Source: Octopus sinensis
Taxonomy: Eukaryota
Length of the DNA: 64,000 bases
Assembly (NCBI RefSeq): GCF_006345805.1
Contig: NC_043009.1
Location: 45,632,001-45,696,000 of the forward strand
Reading direction: 5' to 3'
Shown here: piece after piece, positions 52,075-64,000 of the stretch
How the letters are laid out: the number at the start of each line of letters is the position of its first letter
Position numbering within the stretch: position 1 is the first letter of the stretch
Program-made: the position numbers and the translations under genes
The notes under the pieces: generated by a model
The model's input: the letters and a program-made list of their open reading frames with translations, nothing else
Told to the model about the DNA's origin: nothing
The model's database searches: none

Positions 52075-53707
52075 AGTAAGTAGCGTACACTACAGGCGAC
52101 GGATAATAGAAGGATAGGTTTTCGGAATGAAGGAGAAATGCGGTGATGTATAACAATGATTGAGAAAAGTACTTGAGAAATCAAAGCTATTCTGTGAAGC
52201 AGAAAATGTGGAAGATAATAGATTTGAAAAGAAATACAGATAGAAGGTAATGATAGTGTGAAGTCAATAAGCATTACCAAAAATACACGGGAAGAACAAT
52301 TTGAAGAGTATATATTATTTGTTTGGTAAACCCCTCCGTTCGTACCTTTGTATTTGCGTCCTTGTCTGTTTTATGTAGGCCCATGTGGCCGATAAAGAAA
52401 ATACTATTCGTTTGGTATTAACGCTTGAGAATTTATTGGTGATTGTAGTTTCTCTCTGTTTGTTCGTTTACTTGTGTATGTGTGTGTGTGTGTGTGTGTG
52501 TAGTAAGAGTGTGAAATACTCTACACATCACGTCATTGACTATAGTGTCCCCTTATCTAACAGTGTTCAGCTCGCGAACACAGATTTTTGCAGAATTTCT
52601 ATCGGCATCGAAAGGCAGTTATATTTCCTAAATTGCTTTCTGTTCTTTTACATATCTCTTTCATACATACCCCAACGAACCACACATCTGAAATCGTGTG
52701 TTGCCGGCATTAACCTCGTTTATTATTCTCACACACAACTAAGATGGAGGTCTCAAATGACTACGAGACTTTCCAAATCCTCTCTTTATGCAATAAAGGT
52801 TTATTACTTGTTAGACAGTGATATGTTTGAGCAAACGTGCATAAAACTAGAATATTTTCACACTTTCCTCAGATTTTCCTCTTCATGATATTTAGCTATA
52901 ATAATCTTCTAAATGTCTAAAAGCTACATGGTCACTCTGCATAATAAATAACTAAAACTGCCTCAAATCCGATGCAAGAGTCATTGAGTCTAGACTAAAT
53001 ATTGGAACGATGACGACTGAAATGGTAATTATTATATATGCGTGCTTCATGAGAGGTGACACCGGGTTAAAAACAAGAGATTTCTACGACTTTCTACATC
53101 ACAAATATGCTTTCCTCTCCTCGGTTTTATTCCACTTTACAAACATATTCACAGCCATCTAAAACACTTAACCCTATTCTCTAAAAAATTAGAAATTAAT
53201 TTTTCTGAAGCTATACGAATTTAATCAATTTTTACGAATGTTATTAACTGGTTTTCGCCGACGTCGTATTTTAAATTCAGTGCAAAGTATTCTTATGTTG
53301 TATCACTCGATATGGAAGGATTTTAATTAAGAATTGTCGAATATCACTTGCTATTCAGTTAGTCATTTTATATTGGAATATTTACTTTTATTAACTAATT
53401 TGTTTTTTTTTTAATGAAATAACTCCCAATATACCAAATCGTGTTGATATTAATAGCATTGCGAAAATTACAGAGAGCTTAACATGTGTGTCAAATTCAA
53501 TAAGATGAGGTGGTTTAAGATACAGTATACGTCAGTTTATATATATATCGCCATAATGAAACTTAATAATTACTGTCTTTGGGCAGGCGCGAAGCCAAAG
53601 ACTGATAGTGAGAGATATTATCACTTTAATTACTAGTGTTTATATTAGAAGCCCCTGAGAGACGTGGGGCAAATTTGAGCCCGATGGGGTTTAAAAAATG
53701 AGAGAGA

Positions 53708-53770
<63 letters not shown>

Positions 53771-53928
53771 GTGTAAATTACAGGGAGATGGTAAATTTTG
53801 GCGCAAATTCGACCAGAATAATATCATCAAGTAATTATTAATATGCATTGTAGTAGCTCACGCTCACGCCCATATGTATGTGTGTAGGTGTGTGTTTGTG
53901 TATAGAAATATATATAAAGAGAGATACA

Positions 53929-53966
<38 letters not shown>

Positions 53967-54229
53967 ACCTATATATATATACATACAGCACTTACAACGA
54001 AGGGGATTCTAATTGATCCGATCAACGGAACAGCTGGCTCGTGAGATTAACGTGCAAGTGGCTGAGCACTCCAACATACACACACTGATACACACATACA
54101 CACATACATATATATATATACTACCTTACATACACACACATATATACTAACACACAAATATATATATATACGTAAACTAACACATATATGTATGTGTGTA
54201 TATATATATACACACACAAATAGTAGCTG

Positions 54230-54450
54230 TTCTACTTGTTTCAGTCATGTGAACATGGCAATGCTGGAGCACCGCCTTTAGTCGAACAAATCGGCCGCAG
54301 GATTCATTGTTTGTAATCATTGTACGTACTTTATCAGTGTCTTTTGCCGAACGGCTAAGTTACGGGGACGTAAACACAGAAACATCGGTTGTCAAGCGAT
54401 GGTGGGGGTACAAGCACATACACACATACACTTCTTTCTGGTTCCGTGTA
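54230..54450 (-). mobile_element. SINE family B, 3' half, diverged
   Basis: ACTTGTTTCAGTCAT...GCTGGAGCACCGCCTTTAGTCG...GCTAAGTTACGGGGACGTAAAC. Confidence 0.8.
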
Positions 54451-54601
54451 TGAAATTGCAACACTTAATTGTAGTTCATACACCTATTGTCATCTTTTGT
54501 TTTTCTATAAATTTCAACTACGTATATCGCCATGTTGATTCGCTAGCTTCTGCACGCAATTTTCTCTCTCCTTGTTTCTCTCCGTGTTTCTTTTCTGTGT
54601 A

Positions 54602-54639
54602 TCTTTCTGTTGAAGAGCGTAGGCTCGAAACGTAAATGA
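54602..54639 (+). ncRNA. Decayed minimal hammerhead variant in a Penelope-type pLTR-like repeat
   Basis: UCUUU-CUGUUGA-A-GAGC-GUAG-GCUC-GAAA-CG-UA-AAUGA. Stem III is the ACGU palindrome; the core has A6U and stem I has one mismatch. Confidence 0.45.
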
Positions 54640-54736
54640 CTTGTTTTATTTATATTCCTGAGCGCCATACTAATGCAATTGTTTGTTTGTACTCCACCTG
54701 CCTTCGTCTTTTGTTTATTTTCATAAAGCTTCCCGT

Positions 54737-56465
<1,729 letters not shown>

Positions 56466-59400
56466 ACTCATCTACACACACACACACACACACACACAAA
56501 TATATACATATATACATATATATGTATATATACATATATATGTATATATGTATATATATATACACAAGTATGTATATCTGTATGCATAATTCATAATGTC
56601 AATACATATCAGTTAAAAATATTACATAGCTGATTCAGTACACTTTCAATGGAAACACTTCAACATGGACACACTCCGACTTACATAGTCTTAGAATGTC
56701 GTATACTTCATTGTTTATCAATAAACATCGGTCATTTACCTTTGTTTATTTCTCCTGTCTTTCTCTCTCTCAAACTGTTTCACTTAACACAAGCAATAAT
56801 GTTCTGTTTCTATCCATATCGTGCGCTTCTCTGAAGTCTCTTCTGTGCATCTTGGATATATCTCCAACAAAACTTCACCTTCTGCCTGCTACTTTGTTTC
56901 ATATTTACATATTATGGGGGAAAACTATACAAGCCGTAAGGGCTTGTTCTTTAACCTCTCTTTTACTGTTTTACTCCGTGTTTTCACTCCAGCCACTGCA
57001 TGTTTTCATCCCAACCATTAAACTCACTCAGTTATTATTACATTAACTAGACTCGGCATTAAACAAGAGTGAGGTCTCAGAAGATTACAAAACTTACCTT
57101 CCTACACCTCCCTTTTTGTTATGCCGCTTTCCATTAGCTAGACAAAATTGGTTTAAGGTTGCCACACTTAGAGGTCAAACGGTTTGATTCATTACACTAT
57201 ATTGCAATCTAATTCCATTAACATACACCATAAACTATTTAACTTCAGAGCAAATTATCTGGAGAGGGAAACGCAAACAGCTAATATGTATAACATGAAC
57301 TTGCTGCAAAGACATCTATTGTAGAATAGGCTTCTCCCTTGACGTATGAAAACTATTACTTTATTCGACTTTATATTGTAAGCCTTTCCAGTCAAAGTCA
57401 CCAAATATTATTATGGTGTTGTTTTCCCCCATTCAATTGCGTTCATATATGCGAGAATGCAATAGTACCATAATTAATTTTGAAACTTGATATCACAAAC
57501 ATTCCAATTTATACTTTAGTTGCCTTTAAAAAAATAAAATGGAAGCTTTCCCAATATTAGATATGTGCAGTTAACCTCCCAGAGTTTTTTGTCAGCTTTA
57601 TTTATTCTTATTGTCATTTCATATTAAAGGCATTCATGTTGGTTTATTTGTTCCATTCTATTCAGTTTGCTCCAATTGCTATTTTAGGAAGTTATTTAGT
57701 AAAAGTAATATAATATAGTTTATTACAGTGTATGGTATCAATATCCGTTAGTCTTGCAAATAATTTCCTACTGCTATGATATAGTTTACCATTATTCTTT
57801 ATCATTCAATGCAAATATTGTATATATTATATCTATTTATTGAAAATATACATATATTTTACTTTCTGTTTCAGTTAATATTACTTGATATCAATGCAAT
57901 ATATATGAAATATTCAGCAAAGCGTTAAAGTAAATCGGGAAGAGGATAAGCATGGCTCAGTAGTTTCGCTTTGCAATCCTTGGGCCAGTGATCGAGCCTG
58001 TTGCATCGCACAGTGGGGAAGCAGTTACTATTAAAAACCGTGTGTGTGAAATTGGGTGAACGGAAACTGTAGAAACACGTAATGTGTATTAGAAAGAGCA
58101 ATTCAGAAAAAAATCAGCATATATTACACACGGTGTTATGAAAGTTCTACCACATATCTGTGGTATATTCAGCCAATTACATGTATAATGTACAGGTCGT
58201 TTAATTGACTTAACAAATAGAATACACATCCTCGAAAGCGGAGGCGATTTATTTTCATATTTCATGTTTCTTCTTTAAAATCTCATCTGTTGAAAATTAT
58301 TTCCAGAGATATAGTAGAGTCGACTCAAGTACTAAAGCAAGACTCTCTAAGAAATTGTATAGGGACATAACAGTATTACTTGCTGTTGCCATAGTCGAAC
58401 AACAGCAGTTCTGCTGGAAGTATATAATCTTCTCACCCATCACTATTACACTTTTGACATTATTTATTAGAAACGTGACATTCCTTTTTAAAGCGACTGG
58501 GATGCGTATTAATTTTGTTATATACACAACCACAATCACATTACAATATGTAGGTTGCTTAATCGATTTAACAACTTCAATACGCTTTCCCGAAAACGAG
58601 TAAGAGCCCATTTTATTATCATATGCCGTGTTTTCACTTATAATTTCACCTATATAATATATGCAGGCTGACTCAAGAGGTAACAATATCAATCAATCAC
58701 ATTTCTGACCACCACTATATTTCAGAGAGCAGCACCTACAAGTTGTATTTTTTTTGTTTGTTTTATAACTGTGTGTTGGAAAAGGCTAAAGTTTAAATGA
58801 ATATCGTAATATTAAAATGTTACATCGAAAATGTTCCTTTTATATTTTCTTTCTTTTTTTTTACATATACTATATATCATGACGCATTCAGTGAGTTTAA
58901 ATATATGCATGTCTGTTAAGCCCTGACACACCTCCACTTTGTTAGGTAATATAAACAATAAATATTGTTTCCAAATCATATTTCCCTAAATTTATTCTTT
59001 ACAAAATAACGTTAGTTTGTAATAATTACTCTACATAGTATCAGACTTAGAAAACTACGTGAGTGAAAATGCAGAGTATTTGCATAAATCGATTATTTGT
59101 TTAGACTAAATTAAATATTTGGAACAATTCCAAGAACGCTACGATAATGTTGTGCAGAACGAACAAGAATAATGGAACAAGAGTAATGGAAAATGTTTTA
59201 CTAAGTTTTTTTCTTTCTCTGAGAATGAAGCACAACGCTGATATCAATATCAAGTCTTCTGTGGTTGTACATTAGCAGAAATGTTACAGTAGAGGACAAA
59301 TTGGTTTATGTTCCTTTACTTCTAAGTTTAAATTCTAAATTAGTCGGCTTTACTGTTCTTCTTATTGGTGTCAATAGAAACAAAGCACCAAGCGAGTACT

Positions 59401-59584
59401 GCATTAACGTAATTGATTTTAACCGTACCCGTTTTCTGACCGTTTGCCTATGTCACAAAAAACTTGCTAGTATTGCTGTGTAGTTGAAGAGCTCGCTTTG
59501 CAGATTCAGTCGCACTGCGCGGTATCTTGGCCAAGTATTTTGAACTATTGCACTTGGCTGACCAATGCTTTGGCAGTGAAACTG

Positions 59585-59652
<68 letters not shown>

Positions 59653-59714
59653 AATATATATATATATATTAGTATATATATTTATATATATATTAATATA
59701 TATATATATATATA

Positions 59715-59759
<45 letters not shown>

Positions 59760-59959
59760 GTGTGTGTGGGCGTAGAGAAAGAGAGAGAGAAAGAGGGAGA
59801 GATTTATGAAGAAATCTAAAGAACAAAGGAAAAACGGATATGGCATGAACTTCAATAGCTTACAGCTATTTCTGCTATAAGATGCTGTAGGCTCGTATTT
59901 GAATGCCTAAATAAAGCCTTATAGCTTCATCGGAGCTTGTCTATATGATTGTGCCTCAA

Positions 59960-60135
59960 AGGTTTGACAGCCGGAGCTGGTTTATTTATGTTCCTGTAAG
60001 CAAGCGGTTCGGCAAAAGTGGACGATGGAATAGGTAACAGCCATAGTAGTTCATACTGGGGTCAACGTGCACGGCTAAACTATTGAAGGCGGTAACCCAT
60101 GATGTCCGCAGCCTAATGACTGAAACAAGTAAGAA
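59960..60135 (+). mobile_element. SINE family B, 3' half, diverged
   Basis: AGCGGTTCGGCAAAAG...GAAGGCGGT...AATGACTGAAACAAGTAAG. Confidence 0.65.
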
Positions 60136-61926
60136 ATACAAGATTGGCTGGTGAGGAAAATATACAGACATTGAAATTCTTCTAACTTACTGTAGAGTGA
60201 AATTTTGTAGCTAGAGCAGCCTGGATTTAAAACAACGGAGAGCTGTAATTTTATGTATTGAGAAACAAAAACGTTATTGTAGGGTTGTGAAAATACAGTG
60301 AAGATAACAAAAAACAGATTATTTAAAAAGTGAATCTGTCCGAAAGTTAACGTTTGCAAATGAAAGTTTATTTTCTCTAAAATAGATTTGAGTAATAGAA
60401 TTTAGACAACTGTTTGCATCTTCTGAAGATTTAGTAATTAAAATCATTTAGTATGTTTGCAGCTATTTTATCCAACGTACTCTTTTCTCATAAAAGTGAT
60501 GGAGTTGATCTTAGAGATTGGGCTGCTATTCTTAGCAGATCACCCCACCGAATACAGACTCTTTTATTTATTCAATAGTCAAGAAATCGAAGGATTGCCA
60601 CTGTGAAAGCCGGATGAAGTAACTGAGCATTTTTCTGGAAGATTTATTTCGAAATATTTCTGACCTACTGCACGGTGACTGCAGTAAAATATTTTATAGC
60701 TGATTAGACAATTCGGTGAAAACAGAATATATTTAACTCACAATGATATGTGTACCGAGAGTAGCATAAATTTTTGGCATCTCGTAGAACTTAGTACAAT
60801 GTAATGAATTTTTTCATCAATGTCTCCTCGAAATACTTCATATTTTCTTATTTTGTTTAAGAAGGTTACACAATCTTCTCGCAGACCATTCGTGATCATT
60901 ACTATATGACTGAATCTAGTATCGTGCAGGATCAACTAAACGAAATAGCTTTTGACTTCGGCTTCGTTAGAACCGGTTGTTCAAATATTCATGTTTATGT
61001 CTTTCCTTGCGTGCGAAGAAGGCCAGAAAGTCAGCTAATCTTCGTTGAACTGTTTGATCACACCAGTAATAATGAAGGCATCACTGCCACTGTCAAGTTG
61101 TGTTAAGAGCTATTATACTGAGCTAGAACTCGTGTACATGATCCAATAAGGTGGACAGTAGTTTCAATTAAGTTTTTTCGATATACAATTTCTCTTTTAG
61201 ATTATTTAAATGAATATACTGTATATTTATACAAATTCAATACCGCCCTACCATTTTCTTCAGCTTTAAATCATGTTTTCTTTCTGTTATGCGTAAAAAA
61301 TATCCGAATTATAATCAGAAAATTAAGGGACATGAGGTATTGTTTGTAATCTTCATGAAGTTTATCATTAAATTCAGTAACATCACTCTTGCATGGAAGT
61401 TTATCTCCCTTAATATTTATGTTTGATGGCATGCTTTATTCTACAGGAAGTTTACACACACACACACAGACACATACACGCATGTGTATATATGTGGGTA
61501 TACACACACATACACAACACACGCACACACACGTAAACATCTCTATATGATTCATTATAGGAACTGACAACTAATTAATATAATGAAGGACAGAAGTGAA
61601 TATGAAATAGAAGCCAAGTGAATAAACCATATCCGGAATGTTTTGAGCGACAGATTCAATTGTTCAAGCAATTTATCATTAACAGCACACGTTTCAATTA
61701 AACATAATTTATTCATTTATAATTTCCATAGAATTTCAATCGCCTTGAATTATATTTTAAGCATAATTTGTTTTGTATTTAGATATTTATTGAATAGAAT
61801 TGTAAATATTTAATTTGACGAGGCGGCATCATATAACACAGCAAATCATAAATTCGGACAACGATCAACGTCGTTCTTCCTCCATAGCATTTTCATCTTC
61901 TTCCGCCACGTCGTTATCGTCATCCT

Positions 61927-61998
61927 CACCACCACCACCACCACCACCACCACCACCACCACCACCACCACCACCACCACCACCACCACCACCACCAC

Positions 61999-62052
<54 letters not shown>
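61927..62052. repeat. (CAC)n(CAT)n compound repeat
   Basis: Direct inspection. Confidence 0.95.
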
Positions 62053-62550
62053 GACGTAATTAAATGTATAGCAATTTGATCCACAGCAAACATACAAACA
62101 AAAGAAATGAGTCCTTCCTTTATTGAGTTCGAGTGAATGGAATGTATCTCTGTTATTCAAAAACATTCCATATCAACTTCTTCAGAATATGTAGTCCACA
62201 TATCCAATTTTCGGTAATATTTTCTATTCATCAGCGTGTACCTTACAGTATACTACATGTTAGAAACCCTATCGCTGAAGAATGAAATGCAAAAACAACA
62301 AGAATTATCACTAAAACAAAACACAAAAATCTAAAAACAATTTTATCTTGTAATATCAATCTTTTACATTTTCATTCTTGGAATTTAATTTTGAAACTTT
62401 GTGATATAAATCAGCAGTTAAATAAATATGAAGAAAAAAAAAGAATCTTACTTCGTAGTAGATACATACGTATGTATAACTGTACTTATACAACTACGTG
62501 TGTGCGCGCGTTTATGTACATATGCATGCATTTGTATGTATACGTATATA

Positions 62551-63785
62551 CAAGGGGTATTCATTAAAGATTACCCCTGACCCACTTCTCAAGGACTGGG
62601 ATTAATGAGACTTGGCATAATTATTAGACCATCTCTATATTGCCATCATCAATGGTGACACACTTCTCCCATCGCTTTATCCAGCTGTGAAGACCTCGTC
62701 TGTAGAAGTCGGTAGGTTGCTCTGGAGCCAAGATTTTACTTCGGAAATAAGTTCTTCATCTTCCGAAAAGTGCTTCCTCTTCAAGAAAGACTTGAAGACT
62801 TCATGTTTGGAAATATGTGGAAGTCAGACGGTGCGAGGTCGGGAGAGTAAGGCGGATGAAGAAGGATTTCATAGCCGCATTGTGAACTGTGGTGTTGCCT
62901 TGGAGGAGGCGGACTCCTTTAGTCAGCATGCCACACATCTCTGTTTTGATGTCATCTCGCAATTTCTGCAGCAGAGAAGCATAATATGCCCCATTTATTG
63001 TGGTTCCCTTTGCCAGAAACTCAATCATCATTACTTCACGCTTGTCCCAAAAGACTGTGAGCATCACCTTCGCTGCTGAGCGCTGGAAACAAACCTTCTT
63101 TGGAGGTGGTGAGTTATCATCCTTCCATTGCTTCGATTAGACTTTAGTAATGATAAGACAGAGTAATGAACCATGTTCCATCCTGTGTGATAAGCCTGCT
63201 GAAAATATCCTCCTCATTTTCTTGGTATATTGTCAAAACAGCCTGAGAGCAATTGACTCGTTTCTTCTTCTGAAAAGAAGTGAGCGTCCGGGGAATTCAT
63301 CGTGCAGACAAATTCCGCATGTGCAAATGGTCTAGAATGATTTTTCCACGGACCCTATCCTTATATTCACTTGTTGGTCTAGTTGCCAAATAGTTATGCG
63401 GCGTACTCCAAAATGGCGGCTTCCAATATATGACTGGTGTCGTCATCAATGGCAGAATAAGGTCCTTCAGGTAGGAGCCGTTTCCACCGATGTCTGACAA
63501 CATTGGAACTGGCGATGCTAGTGCTTAACTACGGCATATGATGGTGCATCGTCACCGTAAACCTCTTTCATCTTATGGAAACTCTCTTTTGGTGTACGAC
63601 CTTTTAAGCATAAGAACCTGATCACTGATCTGCATTCAACTGCCTACAGTGTAACACTTTAGTCCACTTCAGCAGCTGCAATTTACAGTGTGACATGAAG
63701 AGACATGTATGATTAGACCATTACAAGTTCCATTTCCTGCGCAAACGGAAGTGGGTCAAGGTAAATATTTAGTGAACACGCCTCG
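62551..63785 (-). mobile_element. Near full-length (1235 bp) degenerate mariner with both TIRs (CGAGGG-type ends)
   Basis: The terminal 40 bp, including the TA/TG flanks, match as inverted repeats at 31/40. Transposase remnants: ECRSVIRFLCLKG.TPKE, MLTVFWD..GTTINGAYYASLLQKLR, YSPDLAPSDF. Contains stops and deletions. Confidence 0.92.
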
Positions 63786-63849
63786 TGTGTGTGTTTATAT
63801 ATATATATTCCTGGCTTTACGAATTCCTCACCAATGACAAATTATATAT

Positions 63850-63880
<31 letters not shown>

Positions 63881-64000
63881 GACGTTTAATTATCCGAAAC
63901 AGTGTTTATACCAGCTCGCACTATATGGGCACCTGAACTGAAATGAAATAGAATAAAATACGATTATGAAAGCAAAGCACATGTTTCCAGGTCATATTCG

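Overview
AT-rich, repeat-dense eukaryotic DNA. The SINE families and microsatellite landscape suggest an octopus/coleoid cephalopod; this is inferred from recalled repeat consensus, not from a search. No intact host protein-coding gene could be supported, and most ORFs in the track are microsatellite artefacts. Recognisable content: a 5'-truncated CR1-group LINE (16.7-19.3 kb); R4/Dong-like RLE non-LTR fragments nested in (AAT)n arrays (47.3-49.9 kb); an RTE LINE (54.8-56.5 kb, minus); a Tx1/L1 RT fragment (5.3-5.7 kb); three mariner remnants, one near full length with both TIRs; and many tRNA-derived SINEs, some dimeric. The main unannotated signal is a dispersed set of minimal type I hammerhead-ribozyme (HHR) motifs with palindromic stem III. 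Three have an intact core (19.6, 23.2, 29.0 kb), two are near-intact (15.0, 30.9 kb), and three are decayed (9.6, 29.6, 54.6 kb). Most sit in short, often inverted-repeat-flanked modules next to (TA)n tracts, consistent with Penelope-like-element pseudo-LTR remnants. The five best-preserved motifs are all on the minus strand.
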